A stretch of 64,000 nucleotides of DNA from Raja brachyura (lineage: Eukaryota). Below the pieces are notes generated by a model. It was not told the origin of the DNA. It worked only from the letters and a program-made list of their open reading frames with translations, and did not search any database. This document shows positions 28,025 through 41,630 of this stretch, piece by piece. The DNA is taken from assembly GCA_963514005.1 (NCBI GenBank), contig OY740781.1, positions 55,614,001 to 55,678,000 of the forward strand, read 5' to 3'. The position numbers and the translations under genes are program-made. The stretch's first letter is position 1, and each line of letters starts with the position of its first letter.

Positions 28025-28355
28025 TAGAGTGGATGTGGAGAGAATGTTTCCACTCGTGGGAGAGTCTAGGACTAGAGGTCATAGCCTCAGAATTAAAGGA
28101 CATTCTTCTAGGAAGGAGATGAGGAGAAATTTCTTTAGTCAGAGACGGGTGAATCTGTGGAATTCTTTGCCACAGAAGGCTGTGGAGACAGTCAGTGGAT
28201 ATTTTTTAGGGCAGATATTTTTAGACAGATTCTTGATTAGTACAGGTGTCAGAGGTTATGGGGAGAAGGCAGGAGAATGGGGTTAGGAGGGAGATAGATC
28301 AGCCATGATTGAATGGCAGAATAGACTTGATGGGCCGAATTCTATTACTTATGAC
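28025..28355 (+). mobile_element. CR1 3' end
   Basis: MFPLVGESRTRGHSLRIKG; same subfamily as 8390-9060 and 39300-39545. Confidence 0.85.
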
Positions 28356-30289
28356 ATGTGTTTTTGAAACACATTCTTTCCTGGAGGGATGTGAAGGCTT
28401 CAATAAAATCAATGATCAAAGGATTTCTGGATATATGTCTTCGAAATAACTTTATCCTGAGGAAGGATCATGTAATCATAGGCACTAGTTCAGTATCATT
28501 GCAGACCTGCACTACCGCAGATCATTGCAGAGTCTATTTGTGCGACTCGTGGATTTATTTCAATTTTGTCATTACATCTTTTTCCCTGCCCCAATTCTAG
28601 TTGGAAGTTGTTATATGTTGACATGCTTTTCCTTCCAGACAGACACAGTTGTCAATATACATTTGACTACTTTTTATTTGCCTTGCCTTTACTCTCCAAC
28701 TTCCCAAATTTACTCTTATCAGAACCTGCCCCCTCTCACCATCCCCCATAATTTAATTCCAAGCTTTATCTACAGCATTGGTTATTCCATTTACCAAGTC
28801 ACTGATTTCAGCCTGATTCTAGTGAAGTCCCAATAGGACAGTAGTGGTGAGTGTGCCCTGTGACTCAAGGCACATTTCCCCCACACATTCCTTCGGATCT
28901 TTTGACTATACTAATTTACATATGGCTCAAGTAGTAATCTAGAGATTACCATAACAGTGGTTTTGCATTTTAAATTTGATCCAACTTGTTTGTCCCATCT
29001 CTGAAAGTGGTTCTCACAAGTTCTGCAAAAACTGGATCTTTCCCTTCAAATCCCAAGCTCCTCTCCAGGCATCGGGGAAATAGTCTTAACCCTCGCTTTA
29101 ACTGGGTAACGGCCTTCTCAACTCTGACTGGTGGCTGTAGCGAGTAGCAACACACTACTACGCAGTCATAATTGCCAAAAACTCCATGACTTGTAGTTGT
29201 AAACTTGGTGCAATAGATCTCAGACTGGACAGTAGTTTGCGGAACACAAGTATTGTGAAACTGCATCTGAAATCGGTGGTTCGTAATCAGCCGAAAGCCA
29301 CAACATGTGGTCAGGTGTTTACTCTTTTCAACTTTATTTCCTCTTTCATAACTGATCATAAAACTAGAATCTATCACGACATAATCGATCACCTACCCAA
29401 ATCCATGCTTTACTGATTGCTCAGGATGCTTTGCTCAAAAGTAGGTGCTATGTAAATGCAAGTTGTTTTTCAGATGACATTTTGTGGATAAAGCATCTTC
29501 AGAAGACTTTGCATTTGCACATAAAAAAAATCTAAATTTTGCAGTACGAAAGACAGACCAAATCTTATTAGCCCAGGACTACCAGAATTCACTTCCAAAC
29601 CTGCATGTGAAAAGGGTCTATCTCACTGGCTTTTTAAATTCCAGAGACAATTTTAAATCGTTTTTAATGTTTGAATTCAGAAACATTTGAAAACTATTAA
29701 AATGATTAAATAATTAAAATTTGAAAAAAAACATTAATAATGAGAAACATTAAAATGATGATACTTCACAAAAAGATGCTTTCATTTTATCTCCTAATCC
29801 TTTGTCCTATTCCACGGTTGGGTCAGATCTTGAGCCAGCTCCAATTTGGTCTTCTGAACTCATTGGAGTCTCAGACTTCCCTGTTTGACAGTTCATAATT
29901 TTGGAACTTTACAGTTTCAAAGGTTGAATGCTGGCATTTCACAACAGCACTGGAACAAAAATTGAAACAGCAAAATTTGACGCAATTGGGTCACAGGCGA
30001 AAAATGACAGAGAAAAGTATGACGTGCATTAAATATTAGAGATAATTTTAACAAATTCTGCTAGAATTTTGTATTTTATTTCTAAAAGTAATGGGGACTT
30101 TGTAAGAATAGTTGCCAAATGCTTACACATGATAGACCAAGAGAAAGATTTCCCATTGGACAATTACTTCCATAAATGCTTTCACTACCCTTCCAGATCA
30201 TATTGTAAACATTTTTCATCGCACCTCTATTGCTCATCACTTTGAAGATCCGTCAGGTCTTGTCAGATCGAGTGCAGGTTTATGGCAAA

Positions 30290-30730
30290 ATAATCACCTC
30301 GTCTACATTTTGTCTTGCCAACATAAAGGCAGGCACATCAAATTCATTAGATAAGGTCCGGGGAGGTGGTAGGGACCCTTTACCTCACTCGGTAGGACTT
30401 CTGGTGAACCTGGATGGATGCAAGGGAGATATTGGGACAAATGTTGCAACTGGCCTGCTGGATCTCCCGTTAACCATTTTAACTCTCCTTCCTATACTGA
30501 AATTTCTGTCCTGGCTACTGCCAAAGTGAAGTAATGTGCAAACTGGAGGGACAGCACCTCATATTGCACTTGGGTAGTTTACATAACCCACCTACAACAA
30601 TATTTTCCCCTTCACCATTCCCCTTCCACTCTATCCACCTATTACTTCCCAAGCTTTATCCCACCCCCATCTCTCCTTCAGCTTTCTTCCCCGACTAGAG
30701 TTAGTCGGAAGAACGATCCCAACCTGGAAT
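30290..30730. mobile_element. Degenerate Penelope-like fragments in inverted arrangement
   Basis: CAGCACCTCATATT..TTGGGTAGTTTAC (QHLIFRLG-like C-terminus), also seen at 37260-37300. Confidence 0.55.
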
Positions 30731-32149
30731 GTCGTCTGTCTCTACAGCCAAAAGGGGAGGTTGGATTGTTTGTCTGGTGCATCAGAAGGCAAAGGAACCC
30801 ACATGCATGCATATCTTGTTAACAAGGGAGGTAGTGGAAGCAGATATGATAGGAATGTCTAAGAAACATTTAAACAATCTTATGAAAACAGGGAATGGAG
30901 TAATACAGACCATGTGCCGGCAGATTTTATTTTGTAGATAGATTTTTTTTTCTTCTGTGTATTGTTTTTAGAGTTTTAAATTATGTTGAGTAGACTTTGG
31001 CAACATTTCAAACATCTTTTTGAGTTTTCACTTGCCCATCAATTGCAATACCCTAATTGTTCTTTTCCATTACTAAGAAAACAAATCAAGTTTTTGAGAT
31101 TATCATTTCTAAAATTGTCACTGCTGTTATTTAACTAATTGGATGTCATTACAGAGGTTTCCCGGTCTCATTTTAAAACTAAACGATGTACGTGCAAGGT
31201 ACTTCATCATTATCACAAAAAATATTCAAGATGGAGAATTTATTCCATGGAATTAGAGATTAAAGAGCAATCGATTGGTGGCACTTAGATCTGAAATAAT
31301 TAACAAGATACATGAGGAAGGACTTTTCATTTGTTAATTGGAACAATGTTCAACAATTGTAAAATTCTATATTGAAAAATAACATTAAGGATGAGAAAAA
31401 ATATGACTGAAGATTTAAACACTTACCAAAATATTTATAAGGATAGTGAAATATGGAAAATAAAGTTGAAACAAAAGTGACCAGAATATAAAAGAGTGTA
31501 AATGGCTCAACTTTAAGCAAAAAAGTGGAGGAAACTGGTGGAACTCAGCTGTCAAACAGCATTCATGGAAGGAAGTGGGCAGACAATGCTGTGTGTTACA
31601 GAACATTTAGTGCAAAATGGAATTCTGATTGCAAATAGTGAAACAAAGCCTCAGACGCATCTCAGCAAATATAAAACATCACTGCAAGAGAATTACTTGT
31701 TGTAATCAATCATTTAAATAACTAGCAAATTCATTACTTCACCTCAAATGTCTTCCCCACACTATTATATTCAAGCATTTACAAGTCAATATTAGTTTCT
31801 CAACCTGGCGGTGTCCTTTACTTCCACAAAATTATTTTAAAAAGTCAAGAATTTTGAATGTACAATACACTCCAGCTTCATCACTTCAGAATATTATTTT
31901 GCACATCTGCTCAACACTAAAAATAGATTGGCTCCTACAGTCAAGCATAGTTTTAGATATTAGATGACATCATAATGAGGCTATGAAATCACATAGGACA
32001 TAGATAGCATGGAGCCAGGAGACTTGTTAACGGGGCACCTAGTAGAGAGGATTTTTATTATATTACATTCCTTTCTGGTCTATATCCTAAATGATATAAG
32101 TGAATGGGATAATACATTGTATGCCAGAGAATGCCATGCAAACCATGAT

Positions 32150-33225
32150 CCTAACCAGAGACAGAGCCAATCCTAGGGAAGGCTGGTGCAAAGCAGGGCT
32201 GCATCATTATTCCAAAACTTACCTCAAAGCTTTCTCGCGGCAGTGTTGCATCTAACATCCAATAAACTATCAACGGGATACCAGGCAAATTAGGAACCCA
32301 TCAAACTTCTGACAACTATGTTCTGGAACCAAAATCACTTAAATTCCCAGTTGTCAAATGGCAGAATTCACATAATGCTTGGATTTGTGCAAGCTCAGTC
32401 AGTGAGCTTCAAGCCAGCATCGACTCAGGCCAATATTAATTCATTCACAAAATGAGCGAAGGAATAACTTTCATATTCAACATTCTCAAGACAAAATGTC
32501 CTCCAGCTCTCTGCTCCTGCTGTACAACACTGCCCTTCAATGTAAAAATCATAAGATCAAAGGAAAGATAGACCAAGTCTCAAATCCCTGGAGCCACCTT
32601 TCAGGGAAGGAAGACATCCATTCTGAACCCCACCATTATATTCAATGCATCAGCACAACCTTTGGTCCACGAGGAAAAGGGCATTTAAGGATCAAATCCT
32701 CAAACAGTTACTAAAATCACAACCTGGGAAGCAGCAAAAGAGCCCACCCTTCCGAAATGCTTTTAAGATCTCGCACGATCTGCAGGAGACATCTCATGGG
32801 CTGTTGTAGAAAGATCCCACAAATGCAATCTCTGCAAATTCATTGAAATAAGTCAACCCTCGACACCAAAATCATGAGAATCGACACCCCAATTACATAT
32901 CATCAGCTCGTTGGCCAGGCGATGTTGTTTGTATGCCAAATGTTAGATGCTCAAAACTCTGACATGGGAAGAGATAACCAGGTGGAGGAAGTGCTCAAAG
33001 TTTCTTTGAACAAATGCAATGTCCACAATGACTTCCGAGATCCCCAGCTGATGCTTCGTCAAAATAGAGAACAAGCCTTCAGTTTGGCACAGACCACTTC
33101 AAATCCAAGTCATGTGTAAGAGCAGCAGTAGCGCATTGCTGTATTAACATCAGACTTGCCCGACTGATCAAATACCTCCCACCCCATGTAGGGAAGAGTT
33201 TGTGGGTGCCACACTGGCCTCACCA
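32150..33225 (+). mobile_element. Old RTE-like LINE remnant
   Basis: Highly degenerate RTE C-terminal pattern (GKR..GG..LKVSLNKCN). Confidence 0.45.
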
Positions 33226-33719
33226 GTCAGTCAGTCATACAGTGTGAAAACAGGCCATTCGGCCCAACTTGTCCACACCAACCACGTGCCCCAACGGCAT
33301 TCGATCCAAATGGTCTACATTTGACCAATATCCCTCTGAACCTATCCTATCCATGTACTCGTTTCAATTTTATTTTTTAACGCTGTGATAGTGCCTGCCT
33401 CAACTACCTCCTGTGGCAGATCGTTCCATACACCTATCACCTTTTGAGTAAAAAAAAAAAATTACCCTTCATGTTCCCATGATATCCCCCCCCCCCCCCC
33501 ACCTTAAACCCATGTCCTCCGTTTTTTTAAAAAGTTCTCCTACTCTGGGTAAAAGACACCATGCATTGACCCTATATATTCCTCACATGTTCTTATACAC
33601 CTCTAGGATCACCACTCATCCTGCATGGGTGCAGGAGGTTGCCCTGATGCAGTCATCAATATAGCGTAGATAGATATGCATACCAATTTCTACACTACAC
33701 TCAAATTCACTTAATCATA

Positions 33720-35060
33720 GATAGACACAAAAAGCTGGAGTAACTCATCGGGACAGGCAGCATCTCTGGAGAGAAGGAATGGCTGATGTTTTGGGTCGAG
33801 ACGTTTCTTCAGACTGGTTAGGGAGAAGGGAAACGAGATATATAGACAGTGATATGGAGAGATAAAGAATAATGAATAAAAGATATGCAAAAAAGTAACG
33901 ATGATAAAGGAAACAGGCCATTGTTAGATGTTTGTAGGGTGAAAACGAGAAGCTAGTGCAACTTGAGTGGGGAGAGCGAGAGCTGGGGCTACCTGAAGTG
34001 AGAGAAATCAATATTCATACCACTGTGCTGTAAGTTGCCCAAGCGAAATAAGAGTTGCTGTACCTCCCATTTGCATTTACAATGGAGGAGACCTAGGACA
34101 GAAGGGTCTGTGTAGGAATGGGAAGGAGAATTAAAGTGTCCGGCAACTGGGAAATCAGGTAGGTTTAGGCAGGCTGAGTGAAGGTGTTCCTCGAAACAAT
34201 CGCCCAGTGTGCGTTTGGTCTCGCCGATGTATAAGAGTCCACATCTTGAACAACGGATACAGTAGATGAGGTTGGAGGAGGCGCAAGTAAACTTCTGCCT
34301 AATCTGAAAGGATTGTCAGTGTCCCTGGACAGAGTTGAGGGAGGAGGTATAGGGACAGGTGTTGCATCTTTTGCAGTTGCAGGGGCAGGTACCTGGGGAG
34401 GGGGTGGTTTGCGTGGGAAGGGATGAGTTAATCAGGGAGTTGCAGAGGGAACAGTCTCTGTGGGAGGCGGAATAGGGTGGAGATGCGAATAATGTGGCGA
34501 GTGGTGGGATCCCATTGGAGGTGGCGGAAATTTCAGAGGATTAAGGGGACTAGGGGGAGGGGGAGCAAGGGTGGAGCTGCGGATTACCGAGGAGACACGA
34601 GTGAGGGCCTCATCTATGACCACTTGGACCATCTCTGATATCTTCCTACAGTTTCTTGATCTCACCGTATCCATCACAGGAGATAGACTACCTACTGACA
34701 TTATTATAAACCTACTGACTCCCACAGCTATCTAGACTATACTTCTTCCCACCCTGCCTCCTGTGAAGACTCTATCCCTTACTCCCAATTCCTACGTCTC
34801 CACTGCATCAGCCCCCAATTTGAGATGTTCCATACCAAGACATCCGAGTCCTCATTCTTTAGGGAACTGGGAATCCCCTCTTCCATCATAGATGAGGCCC
34901 TCAACAGGGTCTCCTCAATAACCAGCTCTTGCCCCCCCCCCCCCCCCCCCCCCCGAGTCCCCCTAGTGCTCAAATTTCACCCCATCAGACGTCGCATACA
35001 GCACATAATCCTCCGACATGTTCGCCACCTCCAACGGGATCCTACCTCTAGCCACATCTT
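33720..35060. mobile_element. Penelope-like element with an internal inversion
   Basis: Minus strand 33720-34620 has GIY-YIG-type LYIGETKRTLG. Plus strand 34620-35060 has RT C-terminal FLDLTV, YYKPTDSHSYLDYTSSHP, SIPYSQFLR. Confidence 0.85.
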
Positions 35061-35247
35061 CAATACCATCTACAATACCACCCACTTCAGTGTCATCTGC
35101 AAACTTATTAATCATGTCTTGTATGGTTTCATCCAAATCATTTTATACAGATGACAAACAGCGATGGGCCCAGCACCGAACCCCACCACTAGTCACAGGC
35201 ATCCATTCCGAAAAACAACACTCTACCATCACACTCAGCTTCCTTTC

Positions 35248-35301
35248 GGGGTGGGAGACTGCAACCTTCACGTGGTCCGCCCTGTTTTGACGAATGCAAT
35301 C
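35248..35301 (+). ncRNA. Minimal HDV/CPEB3-like ribozyme at the 5' end of a short retroposon (copy 1)
   Basis: P1 GGGGTGG/CCGCCCT (G1-U wobble), P2 GACTGCA/TGCAATC (1 mismatch), P3 ACC/GGT, L3 TTCACGT, GT after P1', J4/2 CGAA. Confidence 0.75.
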
Positions 35302-35383
35302 AACCTGGCGTGCACAATCATATAAGATCAAATAGAAAAAGTTGTCCTACAACTTTAGGCTGTACACGCCATATGCAAGAAGA
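35248..35383 (+). mobile_element. ~135-bp non-autonomous retroposon with ribozyme head and (AAG)n tail, copy 1
   Basis: Perfect 11-bp TSD AGCTTCCTTTC (35237-35247, 35384-35394). Inserted into a CR1 fragment. Second copy at 48173. Confidence 0.85.
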
Positions 35384-37399
35384 AGCTTCCTTTCATTTAA
35401 ACCAATTTTCTATCCAGTCGGAATCTCTCCTTGATCCCTCGCTACCTAACCTTTCAGAGCAGCCTAACATGCAGAACTTTGTCTAAGGCTCTGCCCCGAT
35501 CAACCTTTTTGATTGCATCTTCAAAAAAAAAAAATGTAGATTCGTGAGACATGATCTCCCATGTACAAAATAGTGCTGACTATCCCTATTCCCTAAAAGG
35601 GCACAAAACAGTTGCACAAGCCTCTTGATGTTTTTTTTTGATGCACAAAAGGCAGTTAAATCTGTCAATGGAACATCTATTGTCCATTCCTGGCTGTCAA
35701 TAAAAATTATCAACTTACTGCCAAAGTGAATCACATACTCAGAGGAACAGTTTAGAACGACAGTCTTTCTTTATTTCTTCCCGTGGACTTCAGGAGCCGC
35801 AGTCTCCAGGGAGGAAGCGGCCGTTCCAGATGCTCCGATGCCACTGAAGAGTGTTCTCCCGATGCCGGAACTCCATCATCCGGCAAGAGGGCCCATAACA
35901 TCAGGCCGCCGTTGTGGCGACTGCGGAAGCTTCAAATAGGCCCCGACCTTGGGTGAACTAAGAGGAAGAGGACTGGACTTTCTTAATGCCTTCCCTCACA
36001 GTGGAAAATGTTGATTCTGCTGTGGGGAGATGTTCATGTTAAATTCTATAGTGTGTTGTGTCTTTTTTTATTTTATATGGATGTATGGTAATCTGATTTC
36101 TTCTCTGTAAAGCAATTGGTTTCAACGTGATTAGATTTAAAAGTGCTATATAAATAAAAAATACTTACTTACAAGAATTCCCCCCTACCCTATGTGATTC
36201 TGCAAGCAATCAGATTTTACCTAGCCCCTTTCACTTCATTTCAAGTAAGATATCCTGATCAAGATTAGCATTTTGGTGTTTTTGATCTGAATGATTCAGT
36301 ACCACAAAGTTAATCAATTATTCGAACCAAATACAAATTAAAAGCAGTTTGAAATTTAAATGGACTACTAAACAATATTTAAAAATGCTTCAAATTGAAC
36401 TTTGATGGCATAATAAATTCTAAGCTACTTTGCTGAAACTAAAAGTCCATTCTTTACCTTTTCAAAGTAATCTTGTTGCTGGATTAGCAGACTTGATGGT
36501 TTCCATTACCATTCTCTTTAGGACAGCTCAGCTTTATGTTGTGTCCCAAGAACAGATGATATTTTACAACATTTATGATCCTTGACCAAGGCTATTATAG
36601 GCGGCCAGTTGGTAGAAATGTGCTGTTTTAAAGGCACAGTTCTCAAAGGTGTAAGCATACTGTAATGAGCTCAGGCAGCTTGATTGAAGGACAAAAACAC
36701 AGCCTGCTCATCCATTATTTGCTAATGCAGTCAGTCCATCGCCAGGTTGTAGTCACTGTGACATCAGAAGTCAGAAATTGTTACTCAGTGGGACTCCTAT
36801 CCTTTAAATGAAACTGCTGTTTTTCCAATGACTCTGCAGGCAACAGTGAAAGCTGTTTTAATGTAATCTCCAACATTTTGCTCAAAACATGTTCCTAATT
36901 AACAGAACAATTACATAGTCCAAATTAACTTTTCAGAAAGCATTGATAATGTTGAAAAGAAATATCACTCATAAATTTACAATTGGACAATTTTGCATGT
37001 TTACTAATCAAATAGTAGTTGAGTCTTAATCAAGCGTACTCCAAGCAAAATAATTGTCTGCCAGATTACGTGGAACACAAGATTCGATTTTATCATCCAA
37101 GACCTGCATAAACTAACAGTGCAAATCTAATTAAACTATTTACAACCCATTTAAAATTATAATGCACCATTTACATGAAACTTACATTCAACTCCCACTC
37201 CAAATCTGACCTCTCTGTCCTGGGCCTCCTCCATTGCCAGAGTGAAGCCCAGCAAAAATTGGAGGAACAGCACCTCATATTTCGCTTAGGTAGTTTACAC
37301 TCCAGCGATATGAACATTGACTTCTCCAATATCAGATAGAGATATCTAATATCCTTGCTTTCTCCCTCCTTTCCCTCCCTAGCTCTCCCACAAGCCTAC

Positions 37400-37660
37400 T
37401 GTCTCTGCCTCTTCCCTTCAGTCCACTGAGTCCATGATGACCAACACACTAGTTCTATGTTCTCCTGGTTTTGCATCCTACACACTCGGGTCAATTTACA
37501 GAAGCCAATTTGTCTACATCTTTGGAATATGGGTGGAAACTGGAGCACTCGGAGAAAACCTACGTGATCACAGGGAGAGCATACAAACTCTGAACAGACA
37601 GCAGGATCAAACCCGGGTCCCTGTCGCTGAAAGGCAGCAACTCTACTGCTGCAGCGCTGG
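37400..37660 (-). mobile_element. V-SINE (HE1-like)
   Basis: B-box GGTTTGATCC and V-domain on the minus strand. Confidence 0.8.
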
Positions 37661-40600
37661 AAAGATAACTTTTGTACTTGCCAAAGTACAAGCATTATTA
37701 AAGATGAAAACAGAACAAACAAAAATCCAGCAAGTTAAGTAGCATCTATGGATTGAAAAACAGTGTTAATGTTTCAGGTCAAAAGACCCTTTGACAGATC
37801 TAGAAAATAGAAAACAAACAAAATTTGTTTTAAGCTGGTGGTTCAGGGGAGGGAAATGGGAGAGTAGTGATGGATAGGACAAAATAATATCTGTGACTGA
37901 TCGAGGTCAGGGATAACATGGGGATACGTTTTAAATGTCATCCAGTCAAAATAAGGAGCAGTTAGATGATATTACCGACACAAGTATAAAGTGTCATAAA
38001 CAGCAGAGCTGCAGGACGTGCCTAGTAGTCAGGATGATACTAATGGACAAGAAGAGGCAATATCACACACTGTTGATTTACAGAAGTGACCAAGTTTGAC
38101 ATCGGTTAGAGAACACAACTTACTGGAAGTTGGGCAATTCAACATAATCCACAAAAGCTGCATTATGCCCAGATGCAAGATGAGGTATTGTTCCTCAAAC
38201 TTGCGTCTACCTCATTATAAGAGCGAACATTGCAATGGAGAATAAAAATGGCAGGCAACAAGAAGTTCAGGGTCGCTCCTGTGAACAGAACGCAGATGTT
38301 CTGCAAAGTGGTCACCCAATGTGTGATCTATGTAGTTCCCATTGTGAACACAAAATGCACAACCATGAATCACAAGTTTAAATGACCCGCAGATGTGTCT
38401 GGAAAGATGGCAAAATGGATTGCGTTCCTGGATTTTTTTTTGGGGGGGGGGGGGGGGGGGGGGGGGGAAACACACACACACAGGGAGGTTCAGAAGATGC
38501 AATACCCGTCTACCCTTACCCCTACAACTTGAAAACATATTTTTCCTCCTCTTTACCCACAGATCTGAAATGTTAACTTTCTTTCCACAGACACTGCCTG
38601 ACCTGCTGAATATCTCTACGTTTTAAAAAATTTTTTGTGAAGTAGATTATTCAATTTCCCAAAAATGAGAAATTTCACAGAATAAATAGTTGACATCCTC
38701 CTCCATTAGTTCATCTGAAATTACTCAATATATACAGCTTAGACTCACCTTTAAGTTAATCCAGCAAGATATCCTTAATATTATGATAACATTTCAATCA
38801 CAATTAGTAAATATCTATATTAGAATGGGAAGAATTGTACAAAGCAGCAAAAATATTTTCATCCAAGTGGTGGCAGGTTTACGAAATGGTGTTGGAAGCA
38901 GAAACCTTCATCACATTTAAAGAATATTTAGAGATGTACTGAAAGAACTGACTTACAGTTAGTCAAGCTTATTCCTGGTGCCAGGGGGTGGAATTGAATA
39001 GTTATTTTTTGACCAGAAAAAAGATGAATGGTTTGAATACGTTGGAAACTTTCCATGAGTCACAAGGCTGATCCACATGGTTGCCTTACAGATAGAACTA
39101 AAGAAGAATACTTAACCAGAAGTGGGCGCAATTTTACATTTGAAGGAAAATAATGTACACATCTCGGTTCTATTTTTTGTAATAAAATTAAATCTGCAGC
39201 AGAAGAAAATAATAGGTACTTTTCATAAGATCAAGATAAAAACAAGAGAAAATGAACATTGTCCAGAATTTTGAGATATCACTTTGCCTCCGGTCTCATT
39301 TTCACAATTATCTAGTCAGAGGGCAGTGACTAATTCTTTAGTCAGAGGGTGGTGAATCTGTGGAATTATTGGCCACAGAAGGCTGTGGAGGTCGTCAATG
39401 GACATTTTTATGGCAAAGGTAGATTCTTGATTAGTAAGGGTGTCAAGGGTTATGGGGAGAATGGGGTTTGGAGGGAGAGATGGATCAACAATAATTGAAT
39501 GGTGGAGTAGTGGACTGAATGGCCTAATTCTGCTCCTATCACTTATGACAACGATCTATTTTTGATCCCCTCTTCTGCACCTCCATCATAAAAAATTCTT
39601 GAGGCAACTTAAAAAGTTGAAGTAGGAAGTGAAATAAGCACTTGTTAAACATTGCTGCAAGGCATTTCTGACTTCAAAAATTAACAACATGTGCAAAGGT
39701 CCATTTTCTAAATTTGCCCGCACCAATTCCTTATTCTTCTTTAGCCATTTGGTTAAAATGTCCTCCAGTGTTTTCAGAAATACATTCAGTTTTGAATCAT
39801 TGTTTACTGCATCCAATCTGTTTTCCAGAAAACTTCAATGTACTGGAAAACATCACGTAATGGTGCCGAGTGCTCAATATATTATTTCCTTGTGTTGAGA
39901 AAATTTATTTTAAAGAAAACTGAACATTTATTTTTTCTTTTCTTCCTTCAAGTACCGAGAAGGAAGACACCATGTACAAAAGTAATTATAATATATTTTG
40001 TTTAAGAAGGAACTGCAGATCGAAGATAGACAAAAATGCTGGAGAAACTGGTGAAGCAGCATCATCTGGGACTAAGGGAAAAAAGTTGTTCGTCACGGAC
40101 TTGAAGGGCCGAGATGGCCTGTTTCCGTGCTGTAATTGTTATATGGTTATATGGTTATCTATTGAGTGGAGGGAATAGGCAACGTTTCGGGTCGAACCCC
40201 TTCTTCAGATAATATATTTTATCAGGATCTAATCCATGTATACAGTATATGGTAAATAACACTTAGGATTTTTTTCATGTACAGAAATCCCAATGACTCC
40301 AAACGAGGATATAATCTTTCCAGGCCTCCACTTGGATATACTACAATGTCATACAAAGTTCTGAAAGCTTTCTGCTTTAAGATGATTACACGGACAGCAA
40401 TTCAGGAATAACTAATCGCTTATTCTCGGAAAGACGACATTAACAGGATATCGTATTCAAACACACCCATCGCTCATACTCAATGTCCTTGATGATTGGA
40501 GTTTGTCTTCAACCACTGGCTCTATCTTTATACAATTAAATGGCATTCTAGGCTACTTTGGAGAACAGTTAAGACGTAATTATGGTAGGCCATAATGGTA

Positions 40601-41100
40601 ATAATAAGTTTCCTAGCCAAAAGACAATCAGGGTTTTTCTTGAGATCAAAATATTACGTTTGCCTTAAGTTCTTTTTGGATTTTCGTCAGCCAAATTCAA
40701 ATTAGACTGACACAGTAGAATTTCTCAAATTCTGTGTATTTTTAGTTCTAGCTTGATTACCAATACTGCACTACCACATCTACTAGCAAAGCTCTTAATT
40801 CTAACATTCTAACTCAATTTTCAGCTGTACTCACAGATCATGAAATGGCAACAGCACAGAAGAGGAGCATCAAGTTAGAACAAAGCAGCAAGGTCCACTT
40901 CACACTTTCCTGTAGTCTTGCAATATTATTTTTCCGCCACAGTTGAAAATCACAATCTGTCATCCAATATACTGAGACATTAATCATTCACTTCTTAGAA
41001 AGTTATTGCCTTGCAGCACTTTCCTAATTACCTTAAATCACACCCCAGGTTCTCCATTGCTCCACCAATGGGAACATCAATCAACCCCCACTAGCTTTCT

Positions 41101-41216
41101 GTTTAAGAAGAAACTGCAGATGCTGGAAAATCGAAGGTAGACAAAAATGCTGTAGAAACTCAGCGAGTGAGGCAGCATCTATGGAGCGAAGGAAATAGGC
41201 AACGTTTCGGGTCAAG
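41101..41216 (-). mobile_element. Penelope-derived short element
   Basis: 8-bp direct repeat AGCTTTCT at 41093-41100 and 41217-41224; same family as 40003-40208 and 60020-60240. Confidence 0.7.
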
Positions 41217-41630
41217 AGCTTTCTTATTATGTTGAGCTTCTTTACGACAACTTAACTCCAACATGAACAATTCAAATCTCTTCAGCCTTCCTTCCTATGC
41301 AAATCATTAATTCCAGAAAGCATTCAGCGAGTTTAACTTGCACCTGCCACAAGGCCTTTACCTAGTTCCTGAAGCTTATATTTCAGGCTTCTTTATAATC
41401 TCTTTTCAAAGTCAATTAAAAATCTGTTCAATCACATGTATTACTCACAACAAAACATTTTAATAAACCAAAGCATTGACAAATACCTTAAAGTATTTTG
41501 CTATGGAAAAGGAAGAAAAATATAAAAACTAACCAGAACAGGAGAGTGAAAAAGGAAGGAAAGCATGTCAAAGAGTATAAAACAATATTGATCAACGTTG
41601 AAGAAACTGTGGATCAAAACTGGAAGTATT

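Noticed and set aside
28970-29392. 140-aa minus-strand ORF in non-repetitive sequence
   Set aside because: No recognisable domain and no convincing splice sites; compatible with a chance ORF.
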